Source: Bugula neritina
Taxonomy: Eukaryota > Animalia > Bryozoa
Length of the DNA: 64,000 bases
Direction of reading: 5' to 3'
Assembly: GCA_964035545.1 (NCBI GenBank)
Contig: OZ037768.1
Span: 20,009,700-20,073,699, forward strand
Every line of letters begins with the position of its first letter. Within the stretch, counting starts at the first letter, position 1. Shown here piece by piece: positions 46,101-59,600 of this stretch. Both the position numbers and the translations under genes were made by a program. The notes under the pieces are model-generated. The model had not been told where the DNA came from. It was given only the letters and a program-made list of their open reading frames with translations, and did no database searches.

Positions 46101-46594
46101 TTTGATGGGTAACTGTTAGTTGGTTGGTTGTTTGTTGTAGTTTCATTGGGACCAACACACAGTTCAGGCAATTCCGGAAATTTTTCACAGGCCATATGTT
46201 CAGGCCAATCGTGACCAAAGCGATTCATCGTTCCACTACAACCATCTCGAGCAGCAATGCACACACTTCGACAGGGCGGTACCGGCTCTGTGAGAATGGT
46301 ACATACCGGTAAATATAAAGCACACAGAAACAGGCGAAGATGAGGGCTGCATTTGATTGACACTAACGGGTGATACACAGTTACTTCAAAGCCAGCATCT
46401 GTTTGTGTTTCATGTCCAAGAATGTTTGGCATTATAGTCTGGTTGTATCCTATCCCTTGGCAAATAGGTATAGTAATGGGTTCACACAATCCATGTGTAG
46501 GTTTTTCCGGGTTACCTGTTTGTTGTCCAGCAGTTAACAAAATGTTCTTTAGAAGAACTATTAAGAGAACTCTTTCCAGTTTCAGCGTGTACAT
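43168..46594 (-). CDS. FZD1/2/7: Frizzled receptor, Fz1/2/7 subfamily (614 aa; exons 45280-46594 and 43168-43697)
   Basis: [15 protein letters not shown]...YNQTIMPN...ELCVG. The 7TM region has [72 protein letters not shown] and KTxxxW (KTMSSW). One phase-1 intron at GDVLS|GVCF. Confidence 0.97.
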
Positions 46595-47159
46595 GATGTT
46601 TTTATCTTGAGAAAATTATTTCAAACAACTGCCACTTCCAAGTTAACTATTGAGAAACATCCATTTCACAACTTTGATTCTAGAGTTTTGAAGGGCATCT
46701 ACTTCTAGTAGAAAATATCCATAATGTCAAGAATAAATTACAATTATTTTACACCAATCATAAGACAAAATGTTCCAGTATAGTTATAGCTACCATCACC
46801 TTGTCCACGTAATTGTCTGTTGTCACCTGTTGTGGCTGCGTTCTTTTAAATGGTAGCTTGTTACGTGAAGTAGATGAGTTTAACCAGTTTTCTTCTTCAG
46901 CCCCAGGTGTAATAATGAAACGTGTACCAGAATAGTTCTCTATTTAGTTCTCGCTTTTAGTATTACACAACCATCAACATATATTCATATTGCGTGGTAT
47001 AACTAGTAGAAAAATTACATTTACTAGTTTCCGATGAGCATTTTCACTCACTGTTGGATCACCTGCGCGCACCTGTAGAATCCGAATAATGGAAGAGCGC
47101 TACAATCACAATTAGCTTGACTCGCCTGTTTGTATATATGTGGTTGACCAAGAAACCCT

Positions 47160-47200
47160 CAATACCTAACCAATAGCAGCCAATATACACAAAGCAATCC
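47160..47200. promoter_or_regulatory. Tandem CCAAT boxes in the CpG-containing Frizzled/NOSIP divergent intergenic region
   Basis: taaCCAATagcagCCAATat lies between oppositely oriented start codons (46594 minus, 48793 plus). Motif match only. Confidence 0.35.
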
Positions 47201-48792
47201 GAGAGAACGGCGTGTTATGAGAATTGTAACTTTGGATAAAAGTGAAAAGATAATATCTACTTCAATTTAGGCAATTGTGTTTATTTATAAAATTAATATA
47301 AAATAAAATCAGTTACTATGCAGAAGCAGAAAATTATCTAGTGCAAATAGATGCACATATTAAAAATACCGAAATTTAACAATGCGGGTATTTAAAGTTT
47401 CTAGCAAAAAACTAGTACATAGCAGGTTGTATTATTTTGTAGCGGTTATAAACTTCGTTTTGCGTGTATTCCATAAATTGAGGCAAATAATAATTCTAGT
47501 CATTATTTCAAGATTTGTAATACAATTATTATTTTTTATCATGGTTCAGATCTTTTTTTATGGTCAATAGTTATTATTGGCAGCAATTTCACCACGATTC
47601 ACTTGATCATTTTTGTAAAATTAAAATTAAATAATTAATTTGCTGGCGGCGTCGCTTCAACTTGGTCTTGTAGTTGTACTTTGGAGTTTGGGTAGTTGTA
47701 GTTGTACTCACTTACAGTTACTGTTGTCTGTTGTGCTTGTAGTTGTAATATTACTAATACTAATAGTATTACTTATAATTATGACTTATTAAATTGTGAT
47801 TAATTTTAGCTAATACCAATAGTAACAGTATTAGTTGAACTTAAAGTTAATCATAATAATAATGTTGTACTTGTAATTGTAGTACTAGGTCTAGTTATTG
47901 AATTTTTAAAATATGTTTATGTTAATCATAATGTTACTCATATTCACTATCATATTGATATTATTGTATTTGTTTCTCTTCAAGGTTGTTTACAAGTTAA
48001 ATTCAATTTGACAAATGTCATAGTGCCACCGATCAATGATACTTTAACGTTGATACAGTGATACTCATAGTCATAGTCATAGTGATAGCCCTTGTCATTG
48101 TGGAATTTTAATTTTTGGCTAAATTTAAATGTTACATTGGTTTTAAATGATTATTATAGCTATAACAATCAAATAAATATATATTATATTTAGTTCTATA
48201 TTATAAATATATATTTATAAATTGAATTTAATGAGTATTGCTATTATTATTTTAAATATATATATTATAATTATATTTAATGTTGAGTCACAACAACTTA
48301 CTCTTAGTTGACTTTTTAAATGAAAGTTAAGCAAAGTTTTTTAGCAGTAAACTATAAGTGTACTTCAAGAATCAACAATGAATGCTATAGTAAACATTCA
48401 TATTTAATATTGGTTTGTTTTATTCATCACAATTAACAGCTAATGCTCAGTTGTTATTACTTTTATAATAATTAATTGATTGTAATCAATAATTTTATAA
48501 TAGCTAGACTTAACGCTACAAATTAAATTTTCATTCAAATTGCATGTAACTAATACCAGTTTTATTTAATTGTTAGAATTTTAGACATGTAGTCTTTTAA
48601 ATAGACATTATTTATCTTGCCTAAAAGTAAATGCAGTAATTTTTTTGAGGGATCAAGACTCGGTTAGCTATTGACTTGAATTACTAGGATTTTAACTTAG
48701 CTCTGTTAGTGTTATAAGCATAATCAATGATGCATATAATACATATCTATAAAATGATTAGCGATGTTTTTATATTTTTATCACCAGGTGTC

Positions 48793-51700
48793 ATGGGCAG
48801 AAGGCACGGAGCTAATTGTACAAATGGCAGTGTGTACACTTACCATGAAAAAGCTAAGGATAAGCGGGAGTCGGGTTGGGGCAGTTTAGCCGCTAGACTT
48901 GGGAAAGATTCTGTGAAGGTGAGTTGCTAGAAGGACGACTGAAACTATTTCTATCTTTAGTTCTCTTGAGCTCTATATCAATTTAGAAATTAAGTGAAAC
49001 CAACAGCCTTCTTGCTAAGCTTTAAATAAGTTTTCTATGGAAAGTTGACTCTTTATAAATAATCTGTTATTCATTTTAGTTCTGCATTGTATAATTTTCT
49101 CTTTCAATATAAAGTGATACGAATTTAAAGACAGGGATTATATAAACAGGTCTTGTGGGTTGTTGTTGGAAATAATTATACAATTTGAAAACTGGATTTT
49201 ATGTTTTGGTAGAATTTTGATTGCTGTTGCCTGACCCTGCAGCCTTGCAAGGAGCCTGTGGTTACGTAAGTCTAACTTTATTCTGGGTAAAATTATTCTG
49301 CTTCATGCACCGAGTAATCTTTAAAGTGTAAATTATTTTTCACACTGAAGATTTAAACTAAAAACTTAGCATTTGTTTTAATAAGCATTTTAATTTCTTA
49401 GTTATTATTTCCACTACAATTTTTATCTCAAGTAGAGAGTATATTGAACACCGATTGCACTTGCCTTGCTATGCTGCCTTCTCCAAACACAAAACCATTA
49501 ATATTGTATTTTTCTTTGTTCTACTAAAATTCCTAATTAGTTCAGCTGCAGTTATGCAGTGATAAGACTATCAAGGTTTTCTGAGAAATTCAGTAAACTT
49601 GTATGATGCAGTCTCAACTTCTCAGTGGTTGGTAATTCTATAAAAATGTTGTTGCAGTCCAGATGGTTACTTGTTTGATAAGATGGCAGTTATAGAGTAT
49701 ATGGTTCACCAGAAAAAGGAGATTGCAAAGCGCTTAAAGGAATATGAAAGACAGACAGAAAAGTCTCAGGTTAGCAGATTGTATATAAAATGAAACTCAG
49801 TGGTGACTCCTATAAGATGTCCGCGTCTGCCAATGAGCTCTATGGGACTTATCAGATTAAAATAATCCAAAGTTTATGTTTTGTTGTACCTGCAAGACAA
49901 TACATGGACTTTATCATTGAGAATGTGCTGCTGTTTTTGTTATGGAGGGTAGAGTGTTGTAAATTTCAAGTGAAATTTCTCCTTTCCTGGTCTGTTTGTC
50001 CGTTTGAACTCTATAATGTGCAGCTTGTGAGTTGAAAGAACCTCGCTTAGTTAAAGTAAATCCACATATTGGAGTGTTTTAGGTGAATTTGACTGTGAAA
50101 TTTGGATACTGGGGTGTGCACATGCTACCAAATTGTGAACGTAGTCTTCTGCGATGCTTGATTTAGTTAGAATATCCATGAACTCTTCATCTCTCTATTT
50201 TGTTACATGACAGTATCAATTTTATATTGCATTAGAGAGAAGCGAGGCTCAAGGCATCTGAAGGAGACAAGCTGGAGAAAAAGTTTTTTTTGGAAACAGA
50301 AAAGAGTATCAGAACGAAACAGGCTCACGATTCTTCTAAAGGTTTGTTTTTTATTCAAAAACATAGTAGATTTCAGAACAGCTTGCTGGATCATTTTATT
50401 CCTGAAATAATAACAAGCAGTAGTATGTTGAATATGGGGAGCAGCCGTGGTCTAGGGGTTATGGCGTTGGCTTAGTAAACTCGTACTCATGGGTTTGATC
50501 TATAGTAAAGGCCATTGGTGATGTTAGGAAGAGCGTTCAGTCATAAGTGCTCCTGTGCTTCATCTGAATAAGTTCTTAGCCCAATTTAACAAAAACCTTT
50601 TCCATCAGGAGTTTTTTTATAGGGATGGAGACTATAAACTTTCGCGAGTTTGAATAGCATGTTGAATGTGAGCTGGGAGTCTAAACTTGGCTAGTAATTA
50701 GTAGCTGTATCTCTACTATCTAGTAAGGTTACCTACAATCTCTTGTTGTATATATTCTAGTACTCTTCTAACTCTCATATTCATTGCTGCTGCAGAAAGG
50801 GGGGCAAGTAAGCCAGCTGCCGGTGCTTCTGTTTCCAATATGGCTGACGGTAAAGATAAAGTACTGCCAAGCTTCTGGATACCCAATGAAACTCCCGACA
50901 ACAAAGACACAACTATCAGCAAACCAGTGAGTCATACACTTATGTTAAATGCATGCTGATTGGCTGATAGTGCTCATGCTATCGTGTAGTTATTAGTTAG
51001 AAAATTCATAAATGTAGCCTTTGAAATTTTTTTGAAACTGTAAGAAAAATGCAGCTTCAATGAAGAAACTGTATGTAAGGAAGAGAGTTTTCAAAATACC
51101 ATATAAATTAATCTATTCTCAAGTTATCATTTTCAAGTTGCATAAAACAAACACATCTTATGATGTAGGAGTAAGTATAATAATAATATACATATTATAC
51201 TGCTCAGATGTAAACTAAGAACTTTCTTGACCCACTTTGATACAGACTTGTATCCTGTTGACATTCACCTTGTAACTCACTAAGCTATCCATCAATCTCC
51301 TCTTCTATTTGCCTAATCATTGAACCAACATAAATCTAGGTGCTTGAAATTAATGATGAATGGAAACTGGTTGGTAAATTTCTGTGATGTGATTGTATAA
51401 GACCACTTGTGTTTCTACCAGCTGATGTAAATAAGTGTTGTTTGTATTGACTGATACAAAATATACAAGTAACTAATAGATATGAATAGCTCATCCAACA
51501 CCCCCTGGATATAGCACTAACTTGTTGGCATATATTATGAAGAGGTTTTAAAGATTTGAATATCTTCCTTCTCTGTTTACAAACTCTTCTGTTCATAGGC
51601 TTTTCAATTTCTGGCATTGAAACTCTTTATCTCTCTTGCATAACCTGAGAAGTACAAATATTGACTATAGGCTTAAGGCTTGCAGTGCTAAGTGGGTCAC

Positions 51701-53419
51701 ACAGGGCTACTGTATATTTGTGTCAATATACATCTAGCTTTGTCTGCTCACTGCACACAGTTTCTACTATGACTCCAGATTCTATTATGACTCCAGCTTC
51801 TACTATGACTCCAGCTTCTACTATGACTCCAGCTTCTACTATGACTCCAGTTTCTACTATGACTCCAGTTTTTACTATGACTCCAGCTTCTACTATGACT
51901 CCAGCTTCTACTATGACTCCAGCTTCTACTATGACTCCAGCTTCTACTATGATTTCAGCTTCTACTATGACTCCAGTTTCTACTATGACTCCAGTTTCTA
52001 CTATGACTCCAGTTTCTACTATGACTCCAGCTTCTACTATGACTCCAGTTTCTAATATGACTCCAGCTTCTACTGAACTAGTTGTCAGTGTTATGAAGAT
52101 TAGTATTTTGAGTATCTTTTAAGGAAGTGGTTTCCATGTTGTGTTCTGTAACTCCATGAAATTCCTACTTCTTGAGTTGATACTCATGTATTGTATCTAC
52201 AAATCATCGCAAAATGACTTCTTCACTTCTTCATCACAGGCCTGGCCACAGACCATATCTCTCTATACTAGTATAACATAGCCTGAGGTCTTTATGTAGC
52301 ACAGTGGGAGGCACTATGACCTCCCGACATTACCAGTGGGCCTGCTTCATAGGTGTGCCGTGCTAAACCAGCTCTCTAATCATAAACTCTGGTAGTTTTT
52401 TACTTACTGGAAAGTTGTTTTAGTTTATTTCTATGAATACCTTGGCTGTACCTGAAACTCATAACACCAGCTGTAATGTCTGCTTTGAGACAAAGACTCA
52501 AATTTGATTTCACTTTGTCTTTCATGTAGCATGCTGTATATTCAGGCATTTGATCCTGTATAGAGATAGTATTGACAGCACGACCTATCAAATGTCAACA
52601 GCATATCATACTCTCCAGTACACTCAAATATCTGTCTGATGAAAGGGAAATATGTTGATATCTCAATACTGCTATTGATGTAGCAGCTGCAACCTATACT
52701 AGCAATCAGTGATGCTAATGGCTATCAATGCAACAGCATTCACAAAGTGTCTCAGAATTTGTTAATTGCCCAAGTTGGTGTCTCGAATGCAAGATGGTTT
52801 TAATATTTGGCCAAGTTATTCTTTGCATTGTGCCTTAATAGCTGCCATAAGATTTGAAGCATTAAATTCAGGGGGTTTAAACTTTTCTCAAGTTTCAAAA
52901 TGTTGGTTTGGTTTTGCAATGGAACTTTTCTTTTGTCTCCCAGACAATTTATCTTACTGGAAATATCTGCTACGGCTGTTGTATTAATCTGCAGTATTGA
53001 AAGTATTGATAGTCACAGGGCTGCCTGTTACTTCTTGTTTTAGCCAACAGAAAGGTCAAACAGTCAAGCTGCCACACTATGCCACAGTTTGCACTTCGTA
53101 TTCTGAATCATCATTCAATATAATTTGATTTAAACTTTAAATGAACTATAATAGTGATAATATGGTTTCTATATCTGTGTTGGAGGGTCACCATCATAGT
53201 TCATTAATTACTATTCAACACATTGTCAACATTTTTTGTCATTCATTTAACTAGCCAACTCGTGTAGGCAATATACCCATGTATTTATAATGATGGCAAG
53301 TAGTAGTATTTTGTAGCAGCAGCAGCAAGCAGCAGTAGCACTAGTACTACTACTGCTACTAGTAGTAGTAATTTTAGTAGTAGTATTAGCAGTGGTAGTA
53401 AGTAGTTATAGCAGTAGTG

Positions 53420-53489
<70 letters not shown>

Positions 53490-55801
53490 TCTACTGTTAT
53501 TTCTGTGTTATCTATACATATTACATTATCCTGCCACATGTCATGTTGATTGTGTGACATTTAATAACAGCTGTGTACATAGTACAAACAGCGTGGATTA
53601 GTAGGCGTTGAGTAATATATGACTGTTCTCCCAGCTCTCTACCTTCTCTCTGTATATCAAGATATTCAAATAATTATTGGAAACTAGTGTCAAGTCTGAA
53701 TGCTAGAGTAAAGTAAATTAAGACACATGACACCTGGTGGCTTAATAAGACCAGAGTTTTTATGTGAGATGAATATTGACATGTGTGAGCTGTTTGCAAT
53801 GTTCTTCTGGCTGTTATACAAGATGAATGGTACTCTGAAACCAGCCTAATTAGTTGCACCTCACATATAAAATCAATTGATAAATATGAGTCATCATAGT
53901 GTCAAGTAACAGGAAATCTCTGTGCTGCTTTTGGTAGAGTTCTAACATATATGGCGGTATGAGATGTGTTGTAATACTTCCCCGTGGCATTTCTAATATA
54001 ACTGTACACATTAGCATCCGTTTTTTTGTGTTACCATGCTTATTCTAGTAAAATATGTAAAATTCAAACACAATTTTCGTATGGAATCTTTTTGTGTTAA
54101 ATATTTTTTTATATTGAATATTGCTTGTTTCGTCTTTAAACCAAGCTGTGGTAATATCATAGAGAGTCTTCACTTTGCACACGAGTTCTGGTCATTCCAA
54201 AGCTGTTTGAACTCCAACCAGAAGTAACCTGTTGGTGTGGTTGTTGCAGGATGAGAAAGTGAGGTGCCCGATGAGTGGTAAGACCCTTCGAATGAAGGAC
54301 TTGATTGATGTGAACTTCACACTGGTGAAAGACCCGGATGATAAGAGATCTCTCATAGTGAAGGATGATGAGAGATACATGTGCGCCGTAACCAAGGACC
54401 TTCTCAATAACTCTGTATGTTCCTGGTTGCTATCTGGTGTAGTTATTTACATGCTCAGTTAACTTTAGAATAGTGGGTGATGTGGTAACGGATTAGATGC
54501 CACTAAAGTTTGAGGTAGGTAATGCAGTAATAGAGAAATTGAGAAGTTTGTGTTCCAGATAAGAAATGTAGTAAAATTTAATAAGGAAATTAAGGAATTT
54601 AGGCTATCTCAATTTTTCCACTGCTGCTAAGTGTAGTTTGTATATTAGTTTTCTGTTACATTTGCTTTAGGATAGACCCTAATTACACCATGTTCTGTTT
54701 TCTGGTATATTGCATAATTCATCAAAAAATTATCCTGCAAGTCTTAGTTAATCTAATATTTGAAACAAATTATATTTCAAACTTTAATATGAAGAAACAC
54801 AAAGGTCAGATGAAATTTGAAATTGAAATAACATGTCTGTACCTTCAAATTATAGCTTAGTCTGATGTGGTTGAAAGTGGCAATTTGAATTTATGTTATG
54901 CAGTATGTGTACTGATTACTAAGAATCAATAGCTGTTTGAAATTACATGCCATTGAGTAGAAGCCTCCTGTCTCCTTGCAGGCCATACATGTGATTTCGT
55001 TGCTACACAAAGGAAGCTTGCTGTTGTAATTTTCTATAACATGCTGGTAATTAAATTGATTTTTCAGTAGTTAACTTGAAACCCAAGCCATTAATTTAGC
55101 ACTTAGCGTGCTAATTGCTTTTAAATTTTCTGCTTGTATAAACTTCTGTTTATAAATTAAAACTTGAACTTGAAACTTTGTTTTGTTTGTCAACTGATGT
55201 AATACGACAATACTAGAGTGAAGACTTTAGTTAATGTTTTAGACTTGTCTTCTCTTTAATAGTAATGTGTTGTGAGCAGATAACTCTAAGTATACGATTG
55301 TTTTTCTTGTCTAGGTACCGTGTGCAGTGCTGAGAGACACTGGTGATGTAGTTACAATGGAATGTGTGGAAAAGCTAATCAAGCCGGATATGAGGAATCC
55401 TATTTCTGGCAAAATACTCAGAGAAAAGGATATAATTCCATTACAAAGGGTATATAGCATTCACCAATACTTTTCTTATAACATCATTTTTTATCAAATC
55501 TACGCTATTCTATACAGGCAGTAGGGTTGCTTTATCTTATTTGTTGCCAATTAATTTTGTAATATTTATTCTAGCTTTCACTTACAAAATTGTCTATATT
55601 GTTTAGATTTTTCATAATTTTGCCATTTTGGGCTCCCATTTTGTATGCAATATAGGTAAATATACCTGATGCCATGTTATTCTTAATACGCAATGGTGTA
55701 TCTAATTGGTGTAGTTCTCTTACTAGGGTGCTACTGGATTTGCTGGATCTGGAGTGGAGTTGAAAGCTGTCAAGGCAGGAGCAGCCATGCAAGTTACCTA
55801 A
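48793..55801 (+). CDS. NOSIP: Nitric oxide synthase-interacting protein (300 aa; exons 48793-48918, 49213-49265, 49658-49769, 50236-50341, 50796-50926, 54250-54414, 55315-55449, 55727-55801)
   Basis: MGRRHGANCTNGSVYTYHEK, FDCCCLTLQPCKEPVVTPDGYLFDK, LPSFWIP, CPMSGKTLRMKDLI, ERYMCAVTKDLL, VVTMECVEKLI, LQRGATGFAGSG. 903 nt, all phases consistent. Confidence 0.96.
50436..50651 (+). mobile_element. tRNA-derived SINE, near full-length copy in NOSIP intron 4
   Basis: A-box-like TGGTCTAGGGG and B-box-like GGTTTGATC, followed by a body shared with 40381-40555. Confidence 0.75.
51761..52074. repeat. 18-bp minisatellite (ttctactatgactccagc, ~17 copies) in NOSIP intron 5
   Basis: Direct inspection. Confidence 0.9.
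53313..53487. repeat. (AGC/AGT)n plus (AT)n compound microsatellite
   Basis: Direct inspection. Confidence 0.85.
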
Positions 55802-56609
55802 AAAGCCTGGGTTCTATCCACAAAAAGACCTGGACTGGTTTTTCCATGCATCGAAGCAATGACTGTTGGCCATGTGAAATGTAAACTAGTGATTTATTGA
55901 CTTTCCAATGACCTTGATGCCATAGACAGTGTTTGAGAAAAGTAACTCTTAGGTATTTGTCAAGTAAAAAGTGTGTGTTAACAATATTTATGCAGCAATA
56001 TGCAGTGTACAGTAATTTTCACTATGAGTTGTCATCTCTCGACCATGTTGGCCTGATTTCTCTTTCATGTTTATAATATGTACAGCAAAATCATAATAAT
56101 ACAAATTTAAATAATTTATTTAGTTCAAAATAAAACAAATATAGTAAAACAACACATTATAAAATCATAGTAATTTAACTCATTTTTGTATATGTTGTAT
56201 AATATAATATGTATCTATATTTTCTAAAATGTACAATAAACAGAAATATTTACAAAAATATTGAGCATTCTATTTTACATCAGTAAAATGTCAAAATCAT
56301 GGCTCACTGGATTAGACTATTCCATTGCACAACCAGCAACTCATTATTTCAATAGTATATCACAATCTCACTACACAAAATTACCGAGCAGAAAGAACAG
56401 AATGTTAGACTATATTCTCCTTCAACCGATAAACATGAAGATAGTTTTTGGAAAGGTGGAGACAACTGTGCTTACAATAAATACAACAACTTCAGTATAA
56501 GATAGTAATGATTCTACACCAGTATATACTTGGCATGTTGTCTACAACACGGTGTACAGACACCCCCTTCTCACAGATAGGAACCCATGGCTACACATTA
56601 GACACAGAG

Positions 56610-59600
56610 TCACACAAAGGCGCTGGCTGAGTGTGGAATAGCATTTGGATTGGTTCTAATTGTTGTTCTTTTGTTGAAGGTTTCATGCACTAACTCACAA
56701 CCACGAACTGCTACCACTGACTGATCTGTAAATAGAAAAGACGTCATCTATAAAATCTAAACTGGCAACAGATATTCACTAGCATAACATAACTTTAGGC
56801 AACAGCATCAATCTTTAGTAACTGCATGATAACTAGCTGAAGTTACCTGCAAGGATTAAAACAGTGAGAAACTAGTTGAAATGAATAAGTTTAATAATAA
56901 GGTTGCATAATATTTAAATACATTGAAAGTGCAGAATTAGATATTATAATTTAAACTTAGTTCATCTTATTTACAAATACTGAAAATAAAAATTAACCAA
57001 GTGGTTAAATATGTTATGCTCTCACAATATATATAATTAATTTGAACTTGCATGTCGGGTATGATTAGATGATTAACTTGGAAACAAACGTAAGAAAAAT
57101 GCTACTCACTTGGTTTGAGCAAATGCACCACTTCAGGCATATCTGAGAAGTAGGCGTGTTTCATTGCGTCAGCTGCAGTTATTCTCTTCTCTGGTTGCAG
57201 GGATAATAATTTCCCAGCTAAATCGGCAGCATGTTTCAAGGAAGTCAGCCTTGGCACCACCCTGGTTACTGGACGCAAGGGATAACTCCTAATTTTATCT
57301 GCAAACACAACATGCCACATAATCTAAAGCCTTTCGGAGTTATCAGGACTTGAATGTCAGCAGATTTTTGAGAGAGAAAATCGCAACTAGTAGACATTTT
57401 CAAGAAGCCACCGATCTGAATGGACCCACACAAGTGTAGTAGTCATATTTTGAAAGACATTTTTTTGTAATTCATAACTGAGAAAAGTTTGCCTACATAT
57501 TCAATTTACGATCTTGAGTGGTTAGTATTTAGCATTGTTTAAACTATATCAGCGAAAGAAACACTGCAGGCCAAAGAGTAGACAGCTTAAAAAAGAAGAG
57601 TAAATTTATTTCTGTGAATAAGAAACATACCTGGATTATAATTTGAAAATTTTTGGATTCCTGGCCAGCTCTCGGTGGTGGGAGTTCCAAGGGCCTACAG
57701 AATAATAAGCGTGTTAGAACTCAGGTTAATCTGGCAGTTGGTCAGGAAGACAGATAGATTAGAACTGAGGTTAAATATGCAGGTTAAATATGCGGAGATG
57801 CGTTCTACAGATTAATTGAGTGATAATCTGCAATTACCAGGATAAATGGAAGATATAATCTCTGTTATTAAGTTATAATAGAACATTAGCGAATAGCATA
57901 AATTGCTTAGAGTCTAGAAACCTACATTTTTGAAAATAGCAGACATTTAATAAATTTTCAATCAATTAATGATTCAATTAAAGTTGATTAGCTTAATTTA
58001 AAACAGAAACATTATAATTCCTTAATAAGTTACAAAGGTCAGTTTCTTTACAAATTGTGCCAAACTGTGGTTGAACAACTTGTATATACACTATACCATG
58101 ATACCAATGTACAACTCTCAACACAAACACAAAAACTAAAGGCCAACAGGCACCAAACAACCAATCAGAGACAGGACTGATGGTGACACTCACCCTAAAT
58201 ATTTTATCAAGTTGATCGTCAGCATCCTTCATTCCCTGGAAAGCAGCAACACCAGACAACATCTCCAGAAATATGCAACCAACTCCCCTGCAATGAAATA
58301 TTCATATAATATTATATAGTGCACTGTAGCAAATGGGATGACAACTTCAAATTATGGCCACTTTTACTAAAAACGTTATCTACCAGGTTACAGAATATGA
58401 AGTAGTCTAATAACACGCATGTTCAGTAAAACAAACTTGTGAGTTAAAATTACGTGCTGACAAATATTATAACTATATTATAACTAGAGAGGTAGTGTAC
58501 CAGCATCTATGTCATGTGACTAGTTGACCCTCATAGGACTGAGCAATTTGATGGAGAACAAAATTCCACATTCATTGGAATAATCAGTCAAAAAGTTGAC
58601 AACAATTTATGTATTGCATAAGTTTTTATATTGTATTATTTAAATTGTCATATATTGTATTAAACTGTATTACAGTGTTATAATTGTTTCAAAACATCCA
58701 ATCAAACTACATAATAGTTAATACTTTTGCTATGGCCATTTCTATTTAATGAATCAGTGAGATTTATTGTAGTATAAATGTTTGTTTGGCATTTAACCTG
58801 AGAAGCATGTGAGCAGATGTGAAAACCTAATGAATAGTTTCTGTGAGTGTGCAATTCGAGCTAAAATTTCGAGCTGGCAGTTCGAACAACTAGTGCTAGT
58901 TAGTAACTAGAGCGGAGGACTGATTCAGAGTCGGTGGTTAAACAGTGAATCAACAAGTGCAGTAACAATGCACACATGTCAAGCTTAAACCAATCAATCA
59001 AAACTAATGTAAATCTCTTGACATAGTGCCTGTGGCCTGACTAATGCCTGCCAGCTAATGGCAGGTTTCCATGGAAACGGGGAATAAAAGAAGCTACTTG
59101 CAGGAATGAAGTGTTTTTATTAATTTAAAGCAAATGAGGTTTGAGATAATCTGCTGGGCTTGAGAAGTCAGTTGGTGGAAACAAAGAAACCAGGTTTATC
59201 AGACATACTTTTACAGATTGAAAACAGCTTTATCTTTCAGAGCTGCTGATGCTAGATCTTATAAAACAAAGAAGATGAGAAGATGGCTCAGGTTACAAAG
59301 AGGGGAGCCGCCAACACCTTTATATACAACACTCTTAGTCTATATGTAACACTCTCAGTCTATACTCTATACTCTATATGACTGTATACTAGTGACTATA
59401 TACTAGTGTCTGTGTACTAGTGACTATATACTAGTGTCTGTGTACTAGTGACTATATACTAGTGTCTGTGTACTAGTGACTGTATAGTAGTGACTGTATA
59501 CTAGTGACTGTGTACTAGTGTCTGTGTCACTGTGTACTAGTGACTATATACTAGTGACTGTGTACTAGTGACTGTATATCGTAGAGGTACTAAACTACAC

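Noticed and set aside
51661-52122. 153-aa TMTPAS-repeat ORF
   Set aside because: An intronic 18-bp minisatellite; NOSIP is complete and in phase without it.
52200-53130. Possible decayed retroelement and small hairpins (gggagg/cctccc at ~52306-52325) in the NOSIP intron
   Set aside because: Only vague fragments with many stops; no RT, endonuclease or ribozyme core identifiable by eye.
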